Positions 41,207 to 52,664 are shown, numbered from the stretch's first letter. The stretch is 64,000 nucleotides of DNA from an uncultured Ruficoccus sp. (GCA_965140785.1 OZ223496.1:32001-96000); one strand, 5' to 3'. Numbers and translations: made by a program. Notes: generated by a model from the sequence alone, not told the origin.

Positions 41207-42575
41207 TGTCTGAGCCTCCCGAAATTGGTCCATTGCTGATGAGATGATTTTCTGTCAAATGACAGATAATCGAGTATGAAACGAGGAAGACGAAGCACCG
41301 AAGAGATCATCCGCATCCTTCGCTCGCGCGAAGGTCTAAACGTCGAGGATGCCTGCCGCGAGCACGGTATCAGCCCGGCGACGTACCATCGCTACAAGCG
41401 CCAGTATGGGGGGGTTGGATGTGAAGGAGGCACAGCGGCTACGGGACTTGGAGAAGGAGTTCACGAGCGTAGCGAGAAGGCCTGACACTCCGAGCTAAAG
41501 AAGCTGCTTGCCGACCATTTGCTCAAGACCAAAGCCCTTGAGATTGCGTTGGAAAAAAACGCCTGAGCCCGGATCACCAGCGCGGGGCGGCCGCCAAGGT
41601 CGTCGCCGCGCTTCGGTGCTCCGGGAGACAAGTGTGCCGGTGGCTGGGCATTCATCGCTCAACCTATCGTTACCAACCCAAGCCGCTACCCGAGAAGAAG
41701 CGGCTGCTGGAAGCCGAGATCGTGAAGATGAGCCAGCGTCATCCGACCTTGGGCTATCGCAAGATCACGCGCAAGCTTCGCGAGGCCGGTTGGAATGTGG
41801 GCAAGAAACTGGTGCAACGCGTACGTCGGCAGGAGGGCCTGCAAGTGCCTGCTCCTAAACCACGCACACGTCGTCAGGGCTTGTCGACAGGATTGCCGCA
41901 GCAGGCCACGCCCCGTAACCACGTCTGGGCCTGGGACTTGTTTTCTTGTGATCATGTCGCGCTTCGCGCTCGGTAGTCTCCGACCATACTCAGCGTGGCG
42001 GCGCCCTGCGCTGTTTTAACCTCATTGATGAGTTTACGCGTGAGTGTCATTGCATCCATGCGGATCGCTCCATCAAGGCCGATGATGTGCTCGCCGTGCT
42101 CAAGCAGGCGATCACCACCCACGGAGTTCCCGCGTATATCCGCTCCGATAACGGGCCCGAGTTTATCGCCAGACCGATCAAGCGCTGGCTGGCCGACAAT
42201 CAGATCAAGACCCTCTACATTGATCCGGGTTGCCCCTGGCACAATGGCGGACGGTGCGACCAGCCCGCCCGGCTACGTCGAGTCCTTCAACAGCCGCTTC
42301 AGGCAGGAGTGCCTGGATCGTGAACTGCTCTACACCCTCAGCGAATCACGCGTCGTCTTTAATGATTGGCGCAGCTACTACAACAACGAACGCCCTCATC
42401 GCTCTCTGGGCTTGCTCACACCGACCCAGTTTGCCAAACAACTAAACTCAGGTTCCGGCTCCGTTCGGCCTACGGCCTCTCTACGCCAGAACCTCCAAAA
42501 ACAAACAAACCAACAACACAACCACCAGACCGGAAATCTCTCATAACATCCGGACCAAAACGTGGGACTCAGACA
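41207..42575 (+). mobile_element. IS3-family insertion sequence, copy 2 (1369 bp, inactivated)
   Basis: Same length, orientation, ends and lesions as copy 1. Confidence 0.93.
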
Positions 42576-42644
42576 TGGTGGGCAAAAGCCAAGCGCAGAC
42601 GGTAGGCCGACCAGGCAAGCTTCACTTGCCCTTCCCGGCTTCGC

Positions 42645-43423
42645 TCACAGCTCTGATTTTTTGGGTGCGCCGGGGGTAGCGTCCAGAGTGATCCCATTGG
42701 AATGGCAGAAGACGCGTAGAGTTTTGGCAGTGGGCATGGCATTCGCCCCTACCTCTGTCTCAAAATAGCGGATGAACTCGCGCATACGGTATTTGTCCTT
42801 GGGGTGCTCCAAGACGTAGAGCAAAAGGTGAAACTGCCACCACTGGCCCGGATCGTGATCCCATTGGCCGTCGGTTTGGAATTCCTCCCCTTCTAGGAAT
42901 TCCAAGGTGGCGGCAATCTGCCGGAAAAAGTCCGTCCGGTTCTGCGTGATAGCCTGGCTTACGCAATCGAGGGTCAATCGCTTTAGAACAGGATCTGAGG
43001 ATTGGGCAGTACCGGCGGCATGTTGCTTCCACTCCCGGACAAAAAGGTAGGCCCCGGTGTCTCGGTTACCCGCCTTGTATTTTTCTAGGAGAACCAGCAA
43101 TTCCCGGCGGCTTAGTCCACCGTAAGACTGGCTCAGGCGTTTCTCTACATCGGTGACCGGGAGCGGTCCGGTGTTGGGCGGTCCGTCCTGACTCGAACTG
43201 CCAAAGGAGGCAGTTTTCTCGTTAACAGATTCCGGTTTTTGTCGGTCGTCGGCATCCTTGGGGCATATTCGACAAATTGGCGAATACGCAGCCGCAAGCT
43301 GTCGGAAAACTGCCACAGACTCAGAAAGTCCGCGAACCCCGCATCGGCCTCGCTCCCCATCGACTTCTTTAAAAAGTCCTCAAAAGAAAGTACCGGGTCC
43401 TTTGTATGCTCTTTCATGGTCAT
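42645..43423 (-). CDS. Hypothetical element protein, possibly frameshifted near 43260
   Basis: Overlapping ORFs 43145-43423 and 42645-43316 downstream of the excisionase. No family recognised. Confidence 0.5.
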
Positions 43424-43497
43424 TGCATTGAGCGGGTTTAGTCTCGCATCGCTGACTCCAACAGGTCAACGCACGGCCGCATCAACGAAATGTAAAA

Positions 43498-43698
43498 CTA
43501 CGCGACCCATTCGGAGGTTTCTGCCAGAAAGCGTTCGATCTCGGTTTTCGAGTAGAGCGGACGGCGCGTGGCCCGCGAGGGGCGCAGCAGTCCCCGCTTG
43601 GTCAAGCGGTCAACAGTCGGAGCGGAAACTCCGAGAATTTTGGCGGTTTCGACGCGTGAATACGCCAGGCGTAATTGGGTGCTTGCTGATAGATTCAT
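43498..43698 (-). CDS. Helix-turn-helix excisionase / recombination directionality factor
   Basis: 66 aa, basic, YSRVETAKILGVSAPTVDRL...PLYSKTEIERFL; adjacent to the integrase. Confidence 0.8.
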   Translation of the reverse strand: MNLSASTQLRLAYSRVETAKILGVSAPTVDRLTKRGLLRPSRATRRPLYSKTEIERFLAETSEWVA

Positions 43699-43783
43699 GA
43701 TGCCAACAGCATACCTGAGAACACCGGCTTTGTATTGGGGAATTAAGTACAGGAGAGTTTCCCAATTTGCGGACCTGTTCCCA

Positions 43784-44845
43784 TCACGTCATGAGTTTGG
43801 CCATCTCGAAAGAATGCGTGTCGCGCAGGTGCCCGTAGGTTTTCGCGACAAGCAGGCCGCCGTCATTGTGACCGACCCAAGCCGAGATCGTCTTGAAATC
43901 GACTCCTCTTTCGATCGCATTGCTGACAAAAAAGTGCCGCATACTATGATGCGTGAAGTGCGGGAGACTGGCACTTTTACAGGCATTAGCGATTGCCGTC
44001 TTAGCCGTACGAATCTCTACGACCCGGGCTGTAGCCTCTGGGATTCTCTCGGCCCGCAACTCCTCCAGAAACGCCCGCAAAGCCGGGAATAGGGGCACAA
44101 CGCGTGGCTCCCCGCTTTTGGTCCCTACTTCGCCACCGGTGACGATAAACGTCTCCCGCTCAAAATCGACTTCACGCCATGTCAGTTGAGTCGCCTCCGT
44201 TAAGCGCATCCCTGAAAAGGCCAAGAGCTTGACCAGGCGCTCGGCTTCACGGGCACGAATATTCTGGGCTTCGATTGCCGCCACCAGCCGCTGGAAGTCG
44301 TCCTTGGATGGGATGATGATTTCCTTATTTGTCACCTTTCTTCGGCGGATACCCTTCGCCGGGTTCGCGAGAATCACACCGGAGCGCACCGCATAATCGA
44401 TAACCGCTTTGAGCACTTCCGCGTCCTTGTTAAACGTGGAGGCTGCGAGCCCCTTCCCCCGGCGGGCTGCCCAAGTCTCGCAGTCCCGCGTCGTGATCTC
44501 GGCAATCGGCACTCCGGCGAACGTGCTTCGAAGCTCTTTTAAGCAAAGCTGCACACGCTTGGCCGACGACGGCTTGAGATGGCCCTGGTACATATCGAAC
44601 CATCGCTGCGCGTAGACCTCGAACGGCAATTTACGCTCGGACCGGTCCGCCTTGAGTTGGCCGACTTTTCCCCGAAATTCCTTAAGTCGTCGTTCCGCTA
44701 ATTTGCGGTCTTGCGTTTTGAGCGATTTTCTAATTTGCTTCCCGTTCTTCTTGACCAACGCATAGTAGGTTCCTGATGACGAATTACGGTACAGACACTC
44801 TCCAACCTTCACAAAAGGCGTCCCAGATGGTGGCGTTGCAGGCAT
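43784..44845 (-). CDS. Tyrosine recombinase / integrase
   Basis: SGMRLTEA (R), TKSG (K), HSMRH (HxxR), VGH, TYGH (Y); N-terminal arm-binding-like region. Confidence 0.95.
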   Translation of the reverse strand: MPATPPSGTPFVKVGECLYRNSSSGTYYALVKKNGKQIRKSLKTQDRKLAERRLKEFRGKVGQLKADRSERKLPFEVYAQRWFDMYQGHLKPSSAKRVQLCLKELRSTFAGVPIAEITTRDCETWAARRGKGLAASTFNKDAEVLKAVIDYAVRSGVILANPAKGIRRRKVTNKEIIIPSKDDFQRLVAAIEAQNIRAREAERLVKLLAFSGMRLTEATQLTWREVDFERETFIVTGGEVGTKSGEPRVVPLFPALRAFLEELRAERIPEATARVVEIRTAKTAIANACKSASLPHFTHHSMRHFFVSNAIERGVDFKTISAWVGHNDGGLLVAKTYGHLRDTHSFEMAKLMT

Positions 44846-44858
44846 GTACATTATTATC

Positions 44859-44881
44859 GGGTTACAAAAACGGGTGTCAAA
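44859..44881 (+). promoter_or_regulatory. Putative integrase arm-type sites, right
   Basis: GGGTTACAAA (44859) and GGGTGTCAAA (44872), immediately upstream of the int start. Confidence 0.65.
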
Positions 44882-44935
44882 TGCTAAAAATCGAACATCC
44901 AGGCGGCCTATTAAGTGATTGATCAACAACACTTT

Positions 44936-45020
<85 letters not shown>

Positions 45021-45095
45021 TGCTAATCAGGATTGCAGGTCTATTTCCAAAGTGAAATGACTATCCATGTGCTGAAGACTGCCTGTCGGCCTGGA

Positions 45096-45700
45096 TTAGT
45101 ACCTCCGATCCTTTGTTATCTCCGGGAAATCATCCGTCCGAAAAGGTGAGGCGGGAAGTCCTGCTTCGTTATACAGATTGCCGGTAGGGTTATCCGCCCA
45201 AGCAGAACGCACGGCGATGGGATGTGCGACAGCCGGGGAGGAAACAACAACGGATCCTCCATCAATGCGGGCATCCGCCCACACCCATGTCCGGTCTTCT
45301 CCGCAAATAGCGGACCCCTCCAGCTCACTGTTGGGACTATTGCGGACCAGGGGTGTGGTGATGCCCCCAGGGTCTCCACATCCACCGTTTCAGGCAACGG
45401 TTGTGCCCGCAGAGGCGATTGGCTGGTAAATTTTAACCGGATAGAGTCGCCTTCACGGGACATGGACTCATAGCGGGGACCGGTATACACCATGGAGACA
45501 TCATAATCGCGGCCAGGGCGATTCGGACCAGGCGTTCGCCCGCTTCGTTCTTTCGCCGGGGGTGGATATCATTGATGCCCCCCAGGTCGATCAACACCGC
45601 TTGTCCCGTCTCAGGGAGTCCCAGTGCCGCCGCCTGCGTCGATCTGGTCATCTCCTTTATGAGCACCAGCAAGCGGGGTATCCCCGAAGTTCCTACCACG
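45096..45700 (-). pseudogene. Sialate O-acetylesterase remnant
   Basis: Fragments in different frames: AVLIDLG..DIHPRRKNEAGERL, GPRYESM, AVRSAWADNP..NLYNEAGLPASPFRTD. Confidence 0.85.
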
Positions 45701-46036
45701 ACAATGGTCGATGGGACTTTTTTTCAGGGCGCAACCACCTACGCCAAGCCCCGCGCAAAGTAAGCAGCGGGGGTTTAGAACGGAGCAGGCTGCGGCACAA
45801 ACACTTCACCGTTTTACGGTAAAACAAAAACCGTCATTTGAGCCGCTGTGTTTGCCGTCCCCTTCACCCTTAGGATAATGGGGACAAACGCATGTATGGG
45901 ATGACTCAGCAGAGACGACCGGCTCCAGGGGAACCACCTCTTCCAGCCAGTGTAAGCACGCCCCTCATAACCTCCTGGATGCGCCAAGACTCACCGCACT
46001 AACCCGCCGGTAACGCTTCTATTTTGGCGACGCACG

Positions 46037-47419
46037 TTATCGCCGCAGGGCGGGATTATCGCGGATGATTTTCTGGTAAGTGTAGAATGAACCTTTCGGG
46101 GTGCGTTCCAGGGTTTGAAAGTCTGTGAAAACCAGGCCAAACCGCGTGTCGTAACCACGGCACCATTCGAAGTTGTCCAATAAGGACCACAGGCAATACC
46201 CGCGCACATCGACGCCGTCGGTCTCCACGGCATCCATGAGTGCCTGTGTATAGGCAGTGATAAAGGCGGAGCGGTCCTCGTCCTTCACGGCTACCTCACG
46301 ATCATCAGCCGCTTGGGAGCAGCCATTCTCGGTGACGTAGATGGGCAGCCCGCCATAGCGATGATGTATCCAGCTAAGCATACGGCGAAAGCCTGAGGGA
46401 ACGACAAACCAGCCCATGCTGGTACGCTCCCAAGCGGGGTCACAGCTTAGATGCACATGCTGGTCGCCGGCCATGCCGCCGTTGCCGTCAGCGGGGGCCA
46501 CCCGATGGCCCGGAGCGGGCTGCCGGGAGGCGTAGTGAGTCGTATAATGATTGAGCCCCAGAAAATCCGTCGAGCCCTTCATCAAGGCCCGCTCGGTTTC
46601 CGTGAAGTCCGGCAAACGGCGTCCCAGGCGTTCACGCATGATAGCGGGATAGTCGCCGAATACCACCGGATCGGTGAACCAGCCATAAAAGAACTCCAGG
46701 CTTTCCTGCGCAGCCGCCCGATCCTCTTCGCAGGAAGACAGCGGTTCGCGCCAGTCGCAGTTGTTGGCAATGCCTATGATTCCACCCTTACCCATCTGGC
46801 GAAAGCGCTCGACCGCCAGCCCGTGCGCCAAAAGCAGATGATGCCCCACCCGGTACGGCTCGTCGGGCGACGTACGCCCGGGAGCAAAGTAACCGATGCC
46901 GTTACCCAGCACGGCCGTGCACCAGCTTTCGTTAAAGGTGATCCAGTGCTTGACCCGATCACCGAAAGCACGGAAGCACGTTTCGGCATACTGGGCGAAA
47001 CACTCGACCGTGCGGTAGCCCAGCCAACCGTCGTACCGCATCTGAAGCGCCAGCGGAAGGTCCCAATGATAGAGCGTCACAAAGGGGGTGATGCCCCGGG
47101 AAACCAGCGCGTCGATGAGCCGGTTATAAAAGGCCACGCCTTCGGGGTTAACCTCCTTTTCGCCATCCGGAAAAATGCGGCTCCAGGCAATGGAAAACCG
47201 GTAGGCCCGGACACCGAGGCGAGCCATCAGCTCCACGTCCTGCTCGAAACGGTGGTAGTGGTCGCAGGCAATGTCGCCGTTCTCATCATTATGGACAACG
47301 CCGGGTGTATGCGCATGGGCGTCCCAGATGCTCAGCCCCTTGCCCGCTTCCAGCCAGGCGCCCTCGATTTGATAGGCGGAGGTGGCCACCCCCCACAGAA
47401 AAGATGCGTTATGATCCAT
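46037..47419 (-). CDS. Glycoside hydrolase family 1 beta-glucosidase
   Basis: FLWGVATSAYQIEG, TFNE and VTENG catalytic motifs, WSLLDNFEW. Confidence 0.95.
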   Translation of the reverse strand: MDHNASFLWGVATSAYQIEGAWLEAGKGLSIWDAHAHTPGVVHNDENGDIACDHYHRFEQDVELMARLGVRAYRFSIAWSRIFPDGEKEVNPEGVAFYNRLIDALVSRGITPFVTLYHWDLPLALQMRYDGWLGYRTVECFAQYAETCFRAFGDRVKHWITFNESWCTAVLGNGIGYFAPGRTSPDEPYRVGHHLLLAHGLAVERFRQMGKGGIIGIANNCDWREPLSSCEEDRAAAQESLEFFYGWFTDPVVFGDYPAIMRERLGRRLPDFTETERALMKGSTDFLGLNHYTTHYASRQPAPGHRVAPADGNGGMAGDQHVHLSCDPAWERTSMGWFVVPSGFRRMLSWIHHRYGGLPIYVTENGCSQAADDREVAVKDEDRSAFITAYTQALMDAVETDGVDVRGYCLWSLLDNFEWCRGYDTRFGLVFTDFQTLERTPKGSFYTYQKIIRDNPALRR

Positions 47420-47476
47420 ACGTATACTGACTAGATGAAGAAAAATACCAAACGCTCAGCAGGTTAGCAATGCTGT

Positions 47477-48550
47477 TCAGGTGGAGCGGTCATAGTCTTC
47501 TTTGGACATGAGCGCTTCCAGCGGTTGCCGGTTCACATAACGCTGGAGGTTCCGCATGGCCAAGGCCCCACAATAGGCATAACGGTCCGCCGTCGGCCCG
47601 CCGATATGCGGCGAGAGCAACGCGCTTTCGAGGGAGAAAACGCCGGACTTGGGCGTCATCGGCTCTTCGTGAACGACATCCAGAGCAATCCGAAATTTAC
47701 CCGTCTCAGCGAAGCTCTTCAGCGCCGTTTCGTCGACCACGCGTCCGCGCCCGACATTCACGAACACCGCGTCCTGAGGCAAGCGCGAGAGAATCTCTTC
47801 CGTGACACTGAGCTGCGTCAGTGGATTGAGCGCTTCGCACTCGAAGAGCACATCACTGTTGCTGAAAAGTTCTTCCAGTGAGCCTTGGGGTGTCACCCCG
47901 TTCGCCCGCATGTACTCATGAGGCACGCCCTCGGAGTATGCACAGATCTCCACCCGGAAGGGCTGCAACAATCTGACCAGCGAGCGGGCGATCCTGCCGA
48001 AACCATGCAAACCGACGCGGCGGTCGTAGAGCGTCGACGTCCCCAGAGTCTGGATCGGGTCCATCTGGTGCGACGCCTTCTCGGCGATATAAGAGCGCCA
48101 GCCGGGCATGTTGCGCAGCGCGCCAAGGGCGAGCAGGAGCGCATGCTCGGCCACTTGTTCACCGACCGCGTCCCCCCAATTGGTCACCAGCCCGCCGCTT
48201 TCGATAAAAGCCCGGTCAATGACATGGCGGACCGAACCGGTCAGGTGGCAAAGGTATTTCAGCCGCCCGCCTGGCAACGATGCATCCGGCTTGGGCAAGT
48301 GCGGCGTGGACCAGCAGCTGACCAGCACCGTCGGCTGAAGGCGATTCAGGCAGTCCAGCCAAGTCTTGGGAGACTCCCGGTTGGCATCAAAGAAGCGTAC
48401 GTCGTGATGCCGTAAAAAAGCCTCGGGCAATTCCGGCAGGAAGGTCGCCCGCTCTCTTTCTGAAATCGCGAACAGGATAGACTCCTGCGTATTTGAGGAC
48501 GGTTGCGACTCGGCATGCCCGGATACGGTGCTGAACGTTGTTCGATTCAC
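47477..48550 (-). CDS. D-isomer-specific 2-hydroxyacid dehydrogenase (third copy)
   Basis: HLTGSVR, GFGRIA, VNVGRG, LDVVHEEP, SPHIGG. Confidence 0.88.
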   Translation of the reverse strand: MNRTTFSTVSGHAESQPSSNTQESILFAISERERATFLPELPEAFLRHHDVRFFDANRESPKTWLDCLNRLQPTVLVSCWSTPHLPKPDASLPGGRLKYLCHLTGSVRHVIDRAFIESGGLVTNWGDAVGEQVAEHALLLALGALRNMPGWRSYIAEKASHQMDPIQTLGTSTLYDRRVGLHGFGRIARSLVRLLQPFRVEICAYSEGVPHEYMRANGVTPQGSLEELFSNSDVLFECEALNPLTQLSVTEEILSRLPQDAVFVNVGRGRVVDETALKSFAETGKFRIALDVVHEEPMTPKSGVFSLESALLSPHIGGPTADRYAYCGALAMRNLQRYVNRQPLEALMSKEDYDRST

Positions 48551-48571
48551 AAGGCGTAAGAAAGTCTCTGG

Positions 48572-49177
48572 CTAATCCTGATAGATACGTTCGATCTGGA
48601 AATCGTCGATGTAGAGCCTGCCGATGGCGCGCCAGAAGAAGATGCTGGCGCGCATCTGGTAGGCGCCCTCCGGGACGGTGAATTCCGTCTCGATCTGGGT
48701 CCAAACCTTGGGCATCGACGGCGTGACAAAGGCAGCGACAGACTCGCCGGCCTGAAGTAACTCCGTCTTCCCTTGCCAGTTGGCGGTGACGACCCCCACA
48801 CTCGGGTTCTCGCCGAGCATATCGACCCGGACGAGTATACCGGGTTGTCCGCTCTCGACCTGAAAGTCGTCGCCGGCTTTGACCCAGACCGTGAGTTTAT
48901 ACCTGTCCCCAGGTTGCACAGGCAGCGGCATTCCCCGGGGCGAGATGGACATGCGGCCATAATCCTCGCTTTTTAAAATGGCGTAGAACTTGCCCGCATG
49001 CGGATCTTCTGTACCCAGCGAAAACTGACAGCCCTTGTCCGTGCTGTCACTGGGGATATAGAGGTCTTTCCAGCCGCTGGCGCCATTCTCAAAGCCCGGC
49101 TCCACGACCAAGGGCTGCGCATGCAGCGCACTGACCAGCGCCAGGGGCAGGATATATTTCAACAGATGAATTCTCAT
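48572..49177 (-). CDS. Secreted carbohydrate-binding-like (galactose-binding fold) protein
   Basis: Signal peptide ALHA|Q, EPGFENG, YKLTVWVK, FTVPEGA, LYIDDF. Confidence 0.7.
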   Translation of the reverse strand: MRIHLLKYILPLALVSALHAQPLVVEPGFENGASGWKDLYIPSDSTDKGCQFSLGTEDPHAGKFYAILKSEDYGRMSISPRGMPLPVQPGDRYKLTVWVKAGDDFQVESGQPGILVRVDMLGENPSVGVVTANWQGKTELLQAGESVAAFVTPSMPKVWTQIETEFTVPEGAYQMRASIFFWRAIGRLYIDDFQIERIYQD

Positions 49178-49214
49178 AGTCGGTCTCCTTGCGGCTGTGG
49201 ACACGGCAACTGAA

Positions 49215-50672
49215 CTAGCGCCTCTGATAACGGCGCCGGCCGATGAATACGGCCAATCCACCCAACCCTGCCAGCAGTGCGCCCACCGTGGAAGGCTCCG
49301 GGATGGCGCTGACCGTGAACTGCAGCAGGTTGCCGTCACCGCCATAGCTGAAGGTCCCGTCCCAACCGGCCAGGCTGCTGTCCTCGGACAAGGTAAAGGA
49401 ACTCAACGCGATGCCCTGCTCGGTGCCGCCAAAGCTGATCAGGTCGTAAGTCTCGCCGATCACAATGCCGCCCGTGTTGGTGAAGGTAAAGGCGATGCTC
49501 TCCGCTCCTCCCGAGGCTGCCCCCGTCATGGACGCGCTGGAGAGAACGATGTTATCCTGATCGGTGCCCAGGCGGAACTGGATGGTGGCCTGCCCTGCAA
49601 AGACCAGCCCCGTGGAGGTTCCGTCACCACCGGCGAGCGTCATCGTACCCGTCGAATTAGCCGTCCCGGCCTGGAGGATGCCCCCGTCCTGAATCGTGAC
49701 GTTGCTCAATGCCGTGGTGGACAGGGTGATGGTTCCGTTAACGCCGAGCAGTGCACCGTCGCCCACCAGATAATTCCCTTGCCCGGAGACGCCCGAGAAG
49801 CCCGTGCCGTAAGTACCGTCAAAATAGAGCTTCCCGCCCTCGACGGTGGTGGCTCCGGTGTAGCCGCCGTTGCCACTAATGGCCAGCGTACCCGTTCCCG
49901 CCTTGGTAAAGGCCAGGATATGGTCCGAGCGGAGCACGTTTTCCCCCAGTGTGCCGCTGAAGGTCGTGTTGGTGGCCTGATCGACCTTCAAGGTCCGCGT
50001 GCCACCCGTGACCGAATACTGTCCCTGGAATTTCCAGATGCCGTTACCAGAGAGCTCCCCGATGGTAACGGTCCCATTGGCCGTTCCGCTACCCATTTCC
50101 AGCAGACCGCCGCTGGCCAGGTGAACCTTGGTCTGCGTGCCGGTCATGTTCGTCCCCCCCGAGATATTACCGTTGATGGTGAGAGCCACGGTGGATGTTT
50201 CTGAACCGTTCACGGTCAGCGTGCCGTCCCAGGGAGTCGTGCCATTGAGGAAAAGTCGCAGCGAGGTGCCCCCCTGCGTGCGATCGTCGCGCAGCGTGAT
50301 GTCCCCACTTCCACCCGTGCCGATACTCAGGCCGCGACCCGTACTGGTGGTGCCCGAGGCATAAAGTGTCACACCATTTTGCACGGTGACCGTGCCGGCG
50401 CTCACATTCCAAGTCTGTATCTCAGGGGAGACGGACTCGATAATCGCATTGCTGCCGTTCGACCAGGGAGTGTCGGTCGGGCCGCCTGAGGTGGCAGCCC
50501 AGGGAGTGGAGGAGGTGGCCGTTGTCCAGTCTCCCGTGCCTCCCGTCCAGTAGAGATCAGCCGCCTGCGAGGCGATCGTGCAGGTTAAGACAAACGTCGC
50601 GAATATGCCAACGCAACGGCTGAGGTTTCCAATCCGAGTGAGCTTATGGTGAGTCGGGGTATTCATGTTCAT
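49215..50672 (-). CDS. PEP-CTERM protein with autotransporter-associated beta-strand repeat
   Basis: FTKAGTGTLAISGNGGYTGATTVEGGKL repeat; IPEPST + TM + RRRYQRR. Confidence 0.9.
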   Translation of the reverse strand: MNMNTPTHHKLTRIGNLSRCVGIFATFVLTCTIASQAADLYWTGGTGDWTTATSSTPWAATSGGPTDTPWSNGSNAIIESVSPEIQTWNVSAGTVTVQNGVTLYASGTTSTGRGLSIGTGGSGDITLRDDRTQGGTSLRLFLNGTTPWDGTLTVNGSETSTVALTINGNISGGTNMTGTQTKVHLASGGLLEMGSGTANGTVTIGELSGNGIWKFQGQYSVTGGTRTLKVDQATNTTFSGTLGENVLRSDHILAFTKAGTGTLAISGNGGYTGATTVEGGKLYFDGTYGTGFSGVSGQGNYLVGDGALLGVNGTITLSTTALSNVTIQDGGILQAGTANSTGTMTLAGGDGTSTGLVFAGQATIQFRLGTDQDNIVLSSASMTGAASGGAESIAFTFTNTGGIVIGETYDLISFGGTEQGIALSSFTLSEDSSLAGWDGTFSYGGDGNLLQFTVSAIPEPSTVGALLAGLGGLAVFIGRRRYQRR

Positions 50673-50773
50673 GGCTGCATTATTCGCCACGTGGGCTGAA
50701 AAACAAACTCACCGCTAGTAACACAGTTTTCCTCGTTCGAGGTATTCTTCCCGGGGATGGAATAACTGCTTAG

Positions 50774-51856
50774 TCACCGCTTAGCGGCTTTACGGACTGT
50801 CCGGGATGATCCCCGCGTTTTTTGTCGGGAGAGAGCGGGCAGCGTGCTGCCGGGGATCCATTTACCCTCGATTAATATCCGCTGCGGAACTTCTGGCACG
50901 CCACATTCCCCCCGCTGCATCATGGCCACCAAAAAATCGACTGCCGCCTCGCCCACCTCCCGGGAGTTCTCATAGACTCCGGATAGGGGCTGGCCGAGGG
51001 TCCCAAGAAGCGGGCAGGCCACACTAATGTCCTCAGGGATACGCACATGCGCGTCCTTCATCATGTCATAGACATCCTCGCTGACGATCACGGCATCAGC
51101 CTTCGTTGCGGTGATCCAGCCCAGAAACTCCTCCCGCTTCCACTGCGTCAGGCTGAGGGGCATGACGAGCGCCTCCTCCTCGTGCAGCAGCGTATCGGCC
51201 AGGTAGGCCGCCAGCGCATTGTGATTGATCCGCGCATCCTGAAACCGGGTCGTGGCAAAGCCAATCCGGCGATACCCCAGGCGTCGCACCTGCTCGATCG
51301 TCTTCAACGTCGCGCGGTACTGCGTAGCGGTCACACAATGCAACTCAGGACTGGTGAGGGTGTAGCCAAAGGTTACCGCGGAAAATCCCTCCCAGGGGAA
51401 GTCGATACTTGTATCCGGCTGGGCCTGCGGCGCCACCAGCAGGCCGCGGATATTGCGCGCGCGCAAGATGCCCGACAGTCGACGGGGAGACATCTTGGGC
51501 GTCTGCAATTCGAAGGTTTCAAGGGCGTAGCCATAGCTTTTGGCGCAAGCGGCGGCGCCCTCGTAGTAGCTCTGAAAGGTCGGGTAGTCCTGCCAGTCAA
51601 AGGGAGTGATGTTATTTGAGAGCCAGGCCAGCACTCCCTGAAAGGAACGCGTACGCTTCTGGTTGCGGTAGGCGGCCAGCGCCGACAGCATCGGATCGGG
51701 CGTGTAGCCGAGCCTTGTCGCAATCTTATGAATGCGCTTTCGTGTCTTTTCTGGAATCTTGGGGTGATTCTGCAGGGCCAGACAGACCGTGGTCCGGTGA
51801 ACCCCGGCGATCTCGGATATCTCCTGCTGGGTGACGCGACGCGGTTGCTGGTTCAC
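50774..51856 (-). CDS. LacI-family transcriptional regulator
   Basis: VTQQEISEIAGVHRTTVCLALQNHPKI...LGYTPDP. GTG start inferred. Confidence 0.9.
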   Translation of the reverse strand: MNQQPRRVTQQEISEIAGVHRTTVCLALQNHPKIPEKTRKRIHKIATRLGYTPDPMLSALAAYRNQKRTRSFQGVLAWLSNNITPFDWQDYPTFQSYYEGAAACAKSYGYALETFELQTPKMSPRRLSGILRARNIRGLLVAPQAQPDTSIDFPWEGFSAVTFGYTLTSPELHCVTATQYRATLKTIEQVRRLGYRRIGFATTRFQDARINHNALAAYLADTLLHEEEALVMPLSLTQWKREEFLGWITATKADAVIVSEDVYDMMKDAHVRIPEDISVACPLLGTLGQPLSGVYENSREVGEAAVDFLVAMMQRGECGVPEVPQRILIEGKWIPGSTLPALSRQKTRGSSRTVRKAAKR

Positions 51857-51948
51857 ATGTGTTACCCATCGCCGGATTGAAAGCCTGTCAAGAATATCTA
51901 GCTTTGTGACAGATAACCGATATTCTCTCCCTACCCCCAAACGTTAAG

Positions 51949-52664
51949 ATGTTGTCCACCCCCCTCCCTCTTTCCGGCGTCCCTCAGCACAGTCCCGGCG
52001 ACCGCCATCGGGCGCTTGCCACCTGTGCGCCCCGACCCGCCTTTACCCTGGTCGAATTGCTGACCGCCCTGGCGCTTATCGCCATTCTGGCCGCGATCCT
52101 CATTCCGGCCATCAGCACGATACATTCGCGCGCAGCACAGGTTAAGTGTGCTGCCAAGATGCGCAACCTGTACCAGGCGGTGAACATTTACCAGACGAAG
52201 AACCGCGGCCAACTGCCTCCCAATCACGCCCACTCGGGAGGGTCTTCCGACGTGGTCTGGAGTATCGTGCTGCGGCCTTATCTGGAGATTGAAGACATGA
52301 ATGCCTACGGGCCACAGACAGAGCAGATGCTGGAGCAGCTGACCTGCCCGGCGGTGGAAGAATCGGAACGCCCGGACAAGTGGTGGGATCCAACTACGCC
52401 GCGGGGACTTGTTTCGGGACGGACGGTGTCGCCCGCAACATCAATGACCTCTATATAAATCCCGGCAATGTTCTCATGTTTGTTGAAAGCAGCCAGCAAA
52501 GCCGCTCCCTCTACCGCACGCCACGCCCCTGGACAACCATCGGCTATCACCATGACGGAAAAGCCAATCTCATTTTTCTCGATGGTCATTTGGAGCAGCG
52601 CTCCGCAGCGGAGATTCCGGAGTCGCTGGACGCTGAACTCTGGGGCCTGAACGAGGCCCAGTGA
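51949..52664 (+). CDS. Prepilin-type / H-X9-DG protein, -1 frameshift near 52386
   Basis: A|FTLVELLTALALIAILAAILIP, LTCPA; C-terminal HDGKANLIFLDGH in the adjacent frame. Confidence 0.85.

Noticed and set aside
19331..42575. Perfect target-site duplications around each IS copy
   Set aside because: Flanks are gtag/caag for copy 1 and cgtg/tggt for copy 2. No exact duplication; only the imperfect outer TAG/TGG.
14983..44935. Prophage or conjugative element (ICE)
   Set aside because: No capsid, terminase, relaxase or T4SS genes recognised; only integrase, excisionase and one unknown ORF.
50716..51866. GTAACACA / TGTGTTAC motifs on either side of the third LacI gene
   Set aside because: Plausible operator half-sites, but an 8-bp match with no full shared palindrome is too weak to call.
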